The position numbers and the translations under genes are program-made. From a virus (lineage: Duplodnaviria > Heunggongvirae > Uroviricota > Caudoviricetes): a stretch of 64,000 bases of DNA. Positions 16,441-25,147 of this stretch are shown here, in pieces. The notes beneath the pieces are model-generated. The model had not been told where the DNA came from and did no database searches. It was given only the letters and a program-made list of their open reading frames with translations. The DNA lies in the IMG/VR virus record IMGVR_UViG_3300027808_002177, positions 15,243 to 79,242 of that record, one strand, 5' to 3'. How positions within the stretch are numbered: position 1 is the first letter of the stretch; every line of letters starts with the position of its first letter.

Positions 16441-19400
16441 TTATGCAGTAGGCTTGTCTTCGCCAGATACTGATAACAGAATGTTGCCCTGCTGAGCAGG
16501 ATTGTTTTTAATCATTGCAATCGCATAGGCATTTGCAGCCGCTTTGTTTGCAAAGCTCTTTGGAACACCTTTTTGCTTGTATACTTTACCCGAATCCTTG
16601 AAACGAACATAGTATGTTTCCTGCGGAGCTTGGTAAGAACGTTCTGGCTTGTCCCAACCTTCGTCATTGGCACCACCGTCTTGTTGATAAGCATAAGATT
16701 GACGCTTGCCCATATTTGCTACGCTTGAATCATAATCACGTTGACCAGCATCGCGACGATCATAACGACTTTCTTTTTGGGCAGTTGGCATAATTGGTTT
16801 AGACATCATTGCCAATGCTTTCTTAACGTTGGCAATACCTACATCCCATGCTTGTCCGGCTGCACTTTGTGCAGCACTTAGTGAATCAGCCCATATGTTT
16901 TTAAACGCCATCATAAATGCACTTTGAATTTTAATGTCGCTTGACTGCTGTTCAACATCAACTTCTTTTTGCATTACTTCGACTCTGGCTTTTGTCTCGG
17001 AATCAATGACTGCTAACTGTTTTGCTTTTTCAGCATTGAGTAACTCAAGTCTGCTTTTTCGTTCTTCAGCGTTGTCAATGTTGTCCAGCTGTTTAATATG
17101 AAGTTGATAGTCGGCTTCTAGTTTGGCTTTCTTATATTCACCTTCGGCTGTAGCATCAATAACAGCAAGTTCGTGCTTGTAACCAGCTTGTGCCATTTCT
17201 AAATCGTGCTTGCGAATATCTTCACGTTCTTTACGATCTTCAATTTCACGCTCAATTGCAACTAAACGTTCTTTGGCATCAAGTTCTAAATCTTGCTTCA
17301 TTTTAACAATAGCTAAACGTGCTTCCATATCAAGTTCCAACAACTCTTTCTGGTCCGCTTGATCTAATTCAACTTTGTTTAACAATGCCTGAATCGACAA
17401 TTCATGTTGCATTGGAACATTTTCTAAATCCAATTTATTTTGAATAGCAGTTATGTTTTGCTGATGAATTGTGTCAGGTTGTTGTGCTAATACTTTACGC
17501 ATTTCAGCCATACTTGGTGCCTGTGACACTAACTTTTCAATTTCGTAAGCCAAATACTGCGCACGTTCGTCACTGTCTGGTTCAGACGAATAGTCTTGTG
17601 CTAATTTTTGCAAACTGTTTCTGTCTCTGATGTTATTGGCTTTTGCAACCAATGCTACCTGCTTCTTCCAAATAATATTACGGTATGCATCGCTAAATTT
17701 TAAAGATTCTGGAGCTCCGTTGTTTTTGGCCAATGCTTTGTATGCTGGCAACCAATCTTCGGTATCTTCTTTCATAACAGCTACTTGAGAATTGGAAGCT
17801 GCTGGCTTTGTTGATAGTTCCTGGTATGGATTTTGAATCTCAAGAGATTTTAAAGGGCCAATGCTAATAACAGGACTGCCATTGTTGTCTTGAATCATGC
17901 GTTTGCTTGAGACGCTGACCATTGCAGTGCCATCACTCATTAGCTTTAGTACCTTGGCTTTGATAGGCATCATTTTTGAGCCGGGGAATCTATAACCAAT
18001 TATGTCGCCTGCTTTAACTTCAGCCTGCGCCACAGGTGCTTCATATGGTGGAACTGGAGGGCGCGGTGTAGTAGGCAGCGGAGTAGTAGGTGTAGCTGCT
18101 GGCTTTGCAGGCGGATTACGTCTTGCATCCATTCTTGCTCGCACATCATCTAATACACCAGCTTCAACCATTGCTGATTGCATGATGCGGGCCGCACGAC
18201 TTGCTGCTTGTTCGCGAACACCGCCACCAAAGTAATTTAAAATCTCTGTGAAACCTTCTTCAGTATTCAATGTCTTTTGCAACAATGCTTTGCTGTCTGG
18301 TTTCATCTTGTCAAACTTGGCCAGTAGTTGTTTTGCAATGTTTGGCGCAATTACTGATACTGAACCGTCGGCCAATTCAATACGAGTTGGTCTGTTGTTA
18401 TCACTGGCTTTGCGTATTTTCATTATGATATTTTGATCAGCGGCTGCTTGATCGCCGGGAGTAGCTTCATCTTCTTCTGCTTCGTCTAAGCCGTGGCCGC
18501 CTTTGATAATATCTTCTAATTCCACAGTTAATTCATGTTGAACATCTTCAAAATCTTCTTCTGGGTCAAGACCATGTTCCTGCGCAGTGGCCACAAACAT
18601 GTCATGCAGTCCCGGAATTCCTTCGTCAAACAGGTCAGTTAAAGTAACTGCACCGTTGCTGTTGTAAATTTGGTCTAGTACATACTTGGCCCAGTTAGGA
18701 GTCATTTGTTCTGCACCTTCGGCTAAATTTTCTATCACTGGCTGCATTCCTGCTTCTTGATCTAAACGTTGTGTAATCCACTCATAAGGGTCACCGTCGC
18801 GAGCTTTTTGTATACCGTAAGGCATTTCGCCTGAATCAGCATAGTGAGCATACAGTGCATCAAAGAAGTCTTGATTTTCATCAATGTCGCCGCCAGCTTT
18901 AAACTTGGCATAGTCTGCACTGTACTTGCTTAGGATACCTTCTAATGTATCGCTACCTTCAGTTAATCCTTGCGCTTTAGCAACATCAGCTTTAATTTGT
19001 TCTTTTGCTTTTTCAATGTGAGCTTGAGTAAGATTTTCACCTTGCTCTTTCCAGTATTGTAGTAAGATTCGTTGTGCAGTAGCAACATCGTTATTTGTGC
19101 GTTGCTGGCCAATGCCGCCGCCCTGAACAATGGCCTTGATCTTTTCTGGGTACGCAGTTTTGTAATTGTCTGCCCAGGAATTTGCGTCACCAGAGTCCCA
19201 ACCGTTCCACCAGGCTTCATTGAACGCTTCTGGTGGATTGCTTTGCAACATTTGTTCAACATGCTTTACCCAACCTGATACATCGCTACTACCAATTTCT
19301 TCTACGTCACCAACAAAGTCCGCAACTTCGTCAATGGCTTGACCTACCAATACTGGCCCGTAATCTTTAAGCAAGTCCACACGCTGAGTCATAATGCGTC

Positions 19401-20922
19401 GAGTGATAGCATAAGCCACTGGACTGTGCCCGTCTTCTTCTTTAATTTGTACTCCGGCTTGCTGTAATTGTTTTACTGCATCGGCATCTAAGTTAACACT
19501 ACCGTCTGCTTCTGGATCAGTGTCTAATTCAATTTGGCCGCTCTTGTTAAACTTAGCGTTAGTTGTTTTGCCTGTTGGCGCAAACTGTGTGCGTTGACTC
19601 ATGCCACCAGAAGTACCAACTGTGCCAGAACTTGGAATAGTACCAACTGTAGCATTTGGATCGCTTTCATCCATCTTGGCATAGTCTTCGTGGCCAATGT
19701 AAAAGTCAGTTTCGGGATCATAATACTTGCCTTCTTTTTTATCGTAGTAAACAACTTTACCGCTCTTGGTACTGAATGGGCCTTCTAAGCCCGGGCGCTC
19801 TTGATAGCGTTCTTTGTCGATTCCGCGAGTTACTGTATAACCTTCGCTAAAATGTCGCTTGTATGATTGTTGTCCTGCATTGTAAGCAGCAGCCGCTGGG
19901 CTACCTGGGTTATATGGGTTCTTAGATTTACCTTGGGAAGCATCACTATAACCTTTATCATGTTCTGCTTTGTTCTCGGCAGATTCTTTTACTGATTTTG
20001 TGCTCATGCCTGACGTAACAATTTTTATTGGCTGCTCGGCATATACTGTACCATCAGCACTTATTAAGGCAGCAACATCACCCATGCTTCTAATACCAAA
20101 TGCGGCAGCTGGCACTTGTATTCGTGTACCTGTAACTCCCGCTGGTACTTTAGTGAAAGGTGCCGACGGAGTAAACGTTTTACCATCAAATTGAATAGAA
20201 GCATTACCTGTAGTTTTGTCCCGTGTCATTGTTGCACGTGGTAGATTAGTACCAGCTGACTCTCTAATGCCATCTTTAACGTGCGGGTGACGTACATAAA
20301 ATACGCTGCCAGTGCTGCTGATATAGTGTGGCAGGCGTTGGCTATCAGCTGCCATGAATTCGGTTCCAGCCACAGGAATACGACGAACCTTGTTGTCCAT
20401 GCCATAGATAATGTATGACTTGCCATCTTGACTGATACGGCTTTGATCATACACTACATGTTGAGCACCAGTTGTGGTACGACCAGCGTCAGCACGAGCA
20501 CGAGCATCTGCTATTCGTTGCTTGCGTAATTGATCTTGTTCGGCGTTCCAAACTTGACGCTCTGTACTGCGTCCATATTCACGTTGACGCATCTTTTCTT
20601 TGTAGTTGGGACTAAAAATATCTGTCATGTGCTGGCCAACTGAATGATTTAAACCTGGATAGTTGGGGTTGGCGCCGCCTTGTGCTTGCGCAGAGCCCGC
20701 GCCACTCATTGCCATACCTGCTGCCAATGCAGCCGGAACAATTTTCTTGGCAACATGTTGCAACATGCTTTTGGCATCTTCGCTTAGTTCGCCTTCGATA
20801 ATCTGAACAGTATCGTAAGGACTATTGTACTTTTTAATTTGCTCAAGTACTACTCCTTCGTGTAAGCGGCTGGTAATTTGTTTAACAACTTTACCTTCAT
20901 TGATTAATCTAATGCGAATCAT
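16441..20922 (-). CDS. very large virion-associated protein (1493 aa; internal/ejection or tape-measure-like)
   Basis: Single ORF with a Pro-rich linker (PPAKPAATPTTPLPTTPRPPVPP) and a long Glu/Lys coiled-coil block (ELDAKERLVAIEREIEDRKEREDIRKH...). Many shadow ORFs lie on the other strand. Confidence 0.7.
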   Translation of the reverse strand: MIRIRLINEGKVVKQITSRLHEGVVLEQIKKYNSPYDTVQIIEGELSEDAKSMLQHVAKKIVPAALAAGMAMSGAGSAQAQGGANPNYPGLNHSVGQHMTDIFSPNYKEKMRQREYGRSTERQVWNAEQDQLRKQRIADARARADAGRTTTGAQHVVYDQSRISQDGKSYIIYGMDNKVRRIPVAGTEFMAADSQRLPHYISSTGSVFYVRHPHVKDGIRESAGTNLPRATMTRDKTTGNASIQFDGKTFTPSAPFTKVPAGVTGTRIQVPAAAFGIRSMGDVAALISADGTVYAEQPIKIVTSGMSTKSVKESAENKAEHDKGYSDASQGKSKNPYNPGSPAAAAYNAGQQSYKRHFSEGYTVTRGIDKERYQERPGLEGPFSTKSGKVVYYDKKEGKYYDPETDFYIGHEDYAKMDESDPNATVGTIPSSGTVGTSGGMSQRTQFAPTGKTTNAKFNKSGQIELDTDPEADGSVNLDADAVKQLQQAGVQIKEEDGHSPVAYAITRRIMTQRVDLLKDYGPVLVGQAIDEVADFVGDVEEIGSSDVSGWVKHVEQMLQSNPPEAFNEAWWNGWDSGDANSWADNYKTAYPEKIKAIVQGGGIGQQRTNNDVATAQRILLQYWKEQGENLTQAHIEKAKEQIKADVAKAQGLTEGSDTLEGILSKYSADYAKFKAGGDIDENQDFFDALYAHYADSGEMPYGIQKARDGDPYEWITQRLDQEAGMQPVIENLAEGAEQMTPNWAKYVLDQIYNSNGAVTLTDLFDEGIPGLHDMFVATAQEHGLDPEEDFEDVQHELTVELEDIIKGGHGLDEAEEDEATPGDQAAADQNIIMKIRKASDNNRPTRIELADGSVSVIAPNIAKQLLAKFDKMKPDSKALLQKTLNTEEGFTEILNYFGGGVREQAASRAARIMQSAMVEAGVLDDVRARMDARRNPPAKPAATPTTPLPTTPRPPVPPYEAPVAQAEVKAGDIIGYRFPGSKMMPIKAKVLKLMSDGTAMVSVSSKRMIQDNNGSPVISIGPLKSLEIQNPYQELSTKPAASNSQVAVMKEDTEDWLPAYKALAKNNGAPESLKFSDAYRNIIWKKQVALVAKANNIRDRNSLQKLAQDYSSEPDSDERAQYLAYEIEKLVSQAPSMAEMRKVLAQQPDTIHQQNITAIQNKLDLENVPMQHELSIQALLNKVELDQADQKELLELDMEARLAIVKMKQDLELDAKERLVAIEREIEDRKEREDIRKHDLEMAQAGYKHELAVIDATAEGEYKKAKLEADYQLHIKQLDNIDNAEERKSRLELLNAEKAKQLAVIDSETKARVEVMQKEVDVEQQSSDIKIQSAFMMAFKNIWADSLSAAQSAAGQAWDVGIANVKKALAMMSKPIMPTAQKESRYDRRDAGQRDYDSSVANMGKRQSYAYQQDGGANDEGWDKPERSYQAPQETYYVRFKDSGKVYKQKGVPKSFANKAAANAYAIAMIKNNPAQQGNILLSVSGEDKPTA

Positions 20923-22226
20923 TTGTATCCCTTTTTATTCTTTTCGTGAATTTCTGGCTGATCACTCGTGCCGCCAATTATCTTGTATGTCAGACCCATT
21001 CGTTTAATTTTGTCTAACATTTCTTTATATTCTTCTGCACCCTGTGCAACCAGTACAGTGTCACTGTCGTCTTGCCCAAATTCATGGGGATCAACTACTT
21101 TATTATTCCAATACGTGCCAATTTTGTACCAATCTAAGTCTCCGGGTGTATTTACTACAACTGTGTACTTGGGGTTATTCAATGTATTTTTAGCGTATCC
21201 TTTAGGGTCTGGTTCTTTTACTAAACCTTCCATCAAGCGATAATTCTGTGTGGCTTGCTCTACGACACGAATACATTCTCTAATAAAATTAGCATCTTCA
21301 TCAGTGATGCCTCGACTGCCGCGTCCGCCTTTGCGTCTTAATCTTGCTAGCTCATTGTATGCTGCCACGATAGTATTTATTGTGTTTGTTAGTTGTTTAA
21401 TGTTGTCGGCACTGCGACGGAATGCGCCACCGTGTTCTACACTTAGATCTTGTGCTAACTCTGCGGCTTCGCGACGAGCTTTGTCACGTAGAGCTTTTAA
21501 GCTATAACGGCCAGCACCACCCAACACTGCTACTTCAGTATCGCTCATTGGGTTTTCACGATCTAAACGATAGATGACATTTTGATTATCTAATACATGT
21601 GCTTCTGCCATTCCATGTTTTTTCATCAATCGACCAATTTGACTGTCTGGATTTGGTCGATTGCCAGATTTTAAAAACGCACGAATCATGCCTAGTTCTT
21701 GCTGCTTGCGTTGTGCAGACGTGTCAACAGCAGGTGCGGCTGTAGCACTAGCACTACCAGTTGATTCGGGCTCATAATACCAGCCCATACCCGGGTCATC
21801 GCTGCCTGTGCGCTTGGGGTTATCAAATTTGAAATAGGCAATTTGATCTTTATCCCAATAGCCTTTGAACTCGCCCTTGGCGTCATCCATGTCTTCACGA
21901 TCAAAATGATCTGCTTCGAATCGACCAAAGAAATCTATACTACGACTAAAATGCTCTGGCTTAGGATACTTGTATGGATCCTCGCCCCCGCCGTCATCTC
22001 CGGCACCAGGAGCAAATTCGTTTAAGGTGCCTTCAAATACACCAGTACCAATTCCATTAGGACCCGGAACGTACTTTTGTCCTACAGCGGCACGTGCGTT
22101 CTTGCGTTTTTCTTTATTGCTTCGACCACGTACAAATAGAGGATAAGCCACAGTAGCGATGTCGCTAGACGTGGTTGCTACACTGGCGTCACCATCCTCC
22201 ATCATTATTAATTCACGTAGTTTCAT
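20919..22226 (-). CDS. hypothetical protein with MKLREL N-terminal leader (435 aa)
   Basis: ATGA overlap with the upstream giant gene. N-terminal MKLRELIMMEDG resembles the leaders of 27871..28656 and 37722..38933. Confidence 0.55.
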   Translation of the reverse strand: MKLRELIMMEDGDASVATTSSDIATVAYPLFVRGRSNKEKRKNARAAVGQKYVPGPNGIGTGVFEGTLNEFAPGAGDDGGGEDPYKYPKPEHFSRSIDFFGRFEADHFDREDMDDAKGEFKGYWDKDQIAYFKFDNPKRTGSDDPGMGWYYEPESTGSASATAAPAVDTSAQRKQQELGMIRAFLKSGNRPNPDSQIGRLMKKHGMAEAHVLDNQNVIYRLDRENPMSDTEVAVLGGAGRYSLKALRDKARREAAELAQDLSVEHGGAFRRSADNIKQLTNTINTIVAAYNELARLRRKGGRGSRGITDEDANFIRECIRVVEQATQNYRLMEGLVKEPDPKGYAKNTLNNPKYTVVVNTPGDLDWYKIGTYWNNKVVDPHEFGQDDSDTVLVAQGAEEYKEMLDKIKRMGLTYKIIGGTSDQPEIHEKNKKGYK

Positions 22227-22276
22227 AGATATATTTATTGTTTTTGCACAATAACCTTCGCTCTATTTACCGTTTC

Positions 22277-22295
22277 AAAAACAGGTCCTGTTTTT
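22277..22295. promoter_or_regulatory. perfect palindrome AAAAACAGGTCCTGTTTTT in a divergent intergenic region
   Basis: Lies between the minus gene start at 22226 and the plus gene start at 22339. The related AAAAACAGGTCC core recurs at 51026. Could be a bidirectional terminator or an operator. Confidence 0.4.
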
Positions 22296-22338
22296 GATCT
22301 ATTTTAATAAATAGCAGCATAGATAAAGGATTGCCAAG

Positions 22339-22620
22339 ATGGGTGAGTTTTTCAAGTTAGTAGCAGAAGTAGGCTTCCCAATTGCAGCCGCTATTGCCGC
22401 TGGATACTTTGTGTTTTTGACACTGAAGTTCATTCTAGCTGGTGTTACTTCCAGTGTCAGTGGCTTAAAGAATATCATTGAAGCATTAGACAATCGTGTC
22501 AAAACAATGAACCATGATGTTATCCGAATCGACACCATTGTTAGCAATGCATTAGGTTTAAAGCCCGATGTATCACGTATTGCGCGAGCAGACGGTAAAA
22601 ACGATGCGAGACGCGATTAA
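22339..22620 (+). CDS. small single-pass membrane protein, paralog A
   Basis: N-terminal hydrophobic helix (FPIAAAIAAGYFVFLTLKFI). Paralogous to the 23022..23354 product: shared ...FPI.AA..GY..F...IALIDRV..L.ND.IR... Confidence 0.5.
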   Translation: MGEFFKLVAEVGFPIAAAIAAGYFVFLTLKFILAGVTSSVSGLKNIIEALDNRVKTMNHDVIRIDTIVSNALGLKPDVSRIARADGKNDARRD

Positions 22621-22814
22621 TGAAGCACTATGAATACGACTGGGATTTGTACCCAGACAGAATTATTCTAGACAAAGAATTAAACATTGATCGATTAGGC
22701 TGGCGGGCTGGCGACTACTTTAAAGTTGTCAATGTAAATGGCTGTGCGATGCTGGTTAAAGTAGATTCTCTTACTAGTCTGGTCCGCGACATTGGCGAAG
22801 ATATTAAAAAATGA
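22620..22814 (+). CDS. hypothetical small protein (64 aa)
   Basis: ATGA overlap with the upstream plus gene. Confidence 0.4.
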   Translation: MKHYEYDWDLYPDRIILDKELNIDRLGWRAGDYFKVVNVNGCAMLVKVDSLTSLVRDIGEDIKK

Positions 22815-23044
22815 TACAGTATTGTGTAATGACTCAGAACCCAGAGTTTATAAATGTGATTCGTTGGATTAAAGAACACAAAGTTAAATTTGAAGCACAT
22901 CTGAATCGCACACGCTTTTGGATTCCCGAAGGTGAAGCACACTCGGTATTTTTATTGACTTGGGGGCATGTATGCTTGCCAGTTTATGAAGATGAGGATT
23001 TATTAACAGGGCACAGAAATTATGGATTTAGCGAACTTAATTAA
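22811..23044 (+). CDS. hypothetical small protein (77 aa)
   Basis: ORF overlapping its neighbours by 4 nt. Confidence 0.4.
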   Translation: MIQYCVMTQNPEFINVIRWIKEHKVKFEAHLNRTRFWIPEGEAHSVFLLTWGHVCLPVYEDEDLLTGHRNYGFSELN

Positions 23045-23354
23045 CAAATACGGCTTCCCAATTGTGGCTGCTGGCGGCATGGGATACTTGATATTCTACG
23101 TATGGCAATGGGCAACACAGGACATTAAGCCAGTGCTAAGTGCTGCTAGTAATACGCTTATTGCGCTGATTGATCGTGTGCGTATGTTAGACAACGATTT
23201 AATACGATTAAATCAAAAGGTTGATGTTGTACTACACTTACGCGGCAAGATTATTGATGGTGAACGTGTAGTAGAACAGCAAAAAGTAGATCGCGAAGCT
23301 GATGAAAAGTTCCGCGACGCTGTTAACATTGATACTAAGCCAGTTAAGAAATAA
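23022..23354 (+). CDS. small single-pass membrane protein, paralog B
   Basis: FPIVAAGGMGYLIFYVWQW TM helix. Paralog of the 22339..22620 product. Confidence 0.5.
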   Translation: MDLANLINKYGFPIVAAGGMGYLIFYVWQWATQDIKPVLSAASNTLIALIDRVRMLDNDLIRLNQKVDVVLHLRGKIIDGERVVEQQKVDREADEKFRDAVNIDTKPVKK

Positions 23355-23727
23355 CTATCCCGTTTTGGGCGTACCCTTCAACCACTGAATCGTAATAATG
23401 CTGACTTGGCTTACAACCAGTCAGCTTTGTTCTATAGTGCGGTGTCATATAATATACCCAGGCCTGTGTTAGTTCTCCATTGTATTCTACTGACGACATA
23501 ACGCGATTGTAAAATGTTGGATACCCTTCTCGTATGTCTAGGTCTTGCAATTCATTTTCATCAATTTCCCATAATATGCCAATTGCTGTAACACCTGGCG
23601 TTTCAAATACATTGGCAAACTGTAACATTTCCCACTTGTAGTCTAATAGTACTGCTGGTCCTAATCTTTTGCTTGTCTTAGACATAGCATTGTTGTTGGT
23701 ATTCATACCATATGCAAAATATAACAC
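23344..23727 (-). CDS. gamma-glutamyl cyclotransferase / AIG2-like family protein
   Basis: N-terminal LYFAYGMNTN matches the YFAYGSNM signature. A conserved Glu lies in LDIREGYP. Size is 127 aa. Confidence 0.75.
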   Translation of the reverse strand: MLYFAYGMNTNNNAMSKTSKRLGPAVLLDYKWEMLQFANVFETPGVTAIGILWEIDENELQDLDIREGYPTFYNRVMSSVEYNGELTQAWVYYMTPHYRTKLTGCKPSQHYYDSVVEGYAQNGIVIS

Positions 23728-23728
23728 G

Positions 23729-24439
23729 TTAAACTCCTAATTTATGAATATTGTTTTGTATGTGTTCCCATACACCTTCTGGACTGCCGTCGGGAAATAC
23801 TAATTGACAACTAACTGTTACTCTCAATCCCGGACCTTGTATTACATGATGGAATCGATTGGTGCGTAAAATTGCACTTGGCGCAGACGATACTACACTG
23901 AAATCTGGGGCCGGTATATCTGCCCAATTTAGTTTATCGTCTTTGAGTTGTTCAGCACAATCGGCAAAGCAACTGATTCTCTCTTGTGTACCCAATTGTT
24001 CGTTTGCCGGAAAAATAGCAATGCCTTTATTTGGCAAATAGTTCCACCAACGTATTGCTCCGGGTTCTTCAGCCAGCTCGTAATAACTCAATCGTGCTTC
24101 AAGCATAGCAGGACCCGAAGGTGCGCGGACTCCATCGCAATGTATTACCCAACTGGTCTGACTCTTGGCACTTAAAAATAATGTCATTCGTCTTGTTTTA
24201 AGTCCAAGCGGTTTTAAGAACTCATTTGTGTTGGCAATAGTAACAGGGAAACTCTGATCGGCGTTGCCAACATTCGATAATCCGTATCCTGCACCTTCTA
24301 TTTTGTCTCTGTGCGGTACTAATGCTGTTTTAATAAAGTTCGCCTTCTCTACAGGATCTAAACGTAGAGTCAATGGAAAAAAGTAACCTGGATCGCGGGC
24401 CGGCTTTTGTGAAAAGTCAAAGTCTAATTGTTGTGTCAT
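23729..24439 (-). CDS. putative cupin/2OG-Fe(II) oxygenase-like protein (paralog 1)
   Basis: IHCDG (HxD) ... RTNRFHHVIQGPGLRVTVS (distal His plus Arg-x-Ser). Paralog of the next gene. Start re-placed at the ATG giving an ATGA overlap. Confidence 0.5.
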   Translation of the reverse strand: MTQQLDFDFSQKPARDPGYFFPLTLRLDPVEKANFIKTALVPHRDKIEGAGYGLSNVGNADQSFPVTIANTNEFLKPLGLKTRRMTLFLSAKSQTSWVIHCDGVRAPSGPAMLEARLSYYELAEEPGAIRWWNYLPNKGIAIFPANEQLGTQERISCFADCAEQLKDDKLNWADIPAPDFSVVSSAPSAILRTNRFHHVIQGPGLRVTVSCQLVFPDGSPEGVWEHIQNNIHKLGV

Positions 24440-25143
24440 TGTAGTTGATTGATATTGTTTTGAATATGTTGCCATACACCGTTTAATTCACCAGATTGGA
24501 ATGCAATACTCAAACTTAATGTAACACGCACCCCGTCTTGTTGAATAATGTGGTGTGGCAGATTGGTACGTACCACAGCACTTGGACTTGATATAGCAAT
24601 GCTAAAATTTGGAGTTGGAATTTGATCCCAAGTTATTTTTCCGCTTCGTAAGTCGCGTCTAAATGGTGGCAAACAAATAACAAACGGGTGTGCGCTTGCC
24701 TGATTTTTAAGCAGTCTGGGGGTTTTCCACCAAGGCGCATTTCCGTCGTCAACTGGAATAGTATTAGGTAACTGATCCCACCATTCGATAGAATTTTGTC
24801 CCAATGACATTTCATATAAGTTAATTCTTGCTTCTAACATTCCAATATTGCCTGCATGATCGATCATGCCATCACAGTGAATATTTTTGCCAATAATGTT
24901 ACCGCTGCTCATAAACATAGTGGGTTTGTAAACCATAAGCCCAATTGGATGTAGTACTGCGTTAACATTGTCAATGGTGCGAGCAAATTGCATTGCTAAA
25001 TTAGATCCAATGTGAGTTAGATCTGAATTAGATGTTGTAAACTGTTCAATAAGGTCATGTAATACAGTATTTGTAAAGTCGAGCTTTTCATCTGAATCAA
25101 TTTTTAAGTTTAAAGGAAAGAAGTAATTGGATTGCATCATCAT
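24436..25143 (-). CDS. putative cupin/2OG-Fe(II) oxygenase-like protein (paralog 2)
   Basis: IHCDGMIDHAG ... RTNLPHHIIQQDGVRVTLS. The shared tail is VWQHIQNNINQL versus VWEHIQNNIHKL. The track start at 25200 overlaps the cyclase gene. The internal ATG at 25143 is more plausible. Confidence 0.5.
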   Translation of the reverse strand: MMMQSNYFFPLNLKIDSDEKLDFTNTVLHDLIEQFTTSNSDLTHIGSNLAMQFARTIDNVNAVLHPIGLMVYKPTMFMSSGNIIGKNIHCDGMIDHAGNIGMLEARINLYEMSLGQNSIEWWDQLPNTIPVDDGNAPWWKTPRLLKNQASAHPFVICLPPFRRDLRSGKITWDQIPTPNFSIAISSPSAVVRTNLPHHIIQQDGVRVTLSLSIAFQSGELNGVWQHIQNNINQLQ

Positions 25144-25147
25144 GTAT

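Noticed and set aside
18002-18436. Gly/Ala/Pro-rich plus-strand ORFs inside the 1493-aa gene
   Set aside because: They are antisense to a long, continuous minus-strand ORF with coherent domain structure. Low-complexity shadow ORFs.
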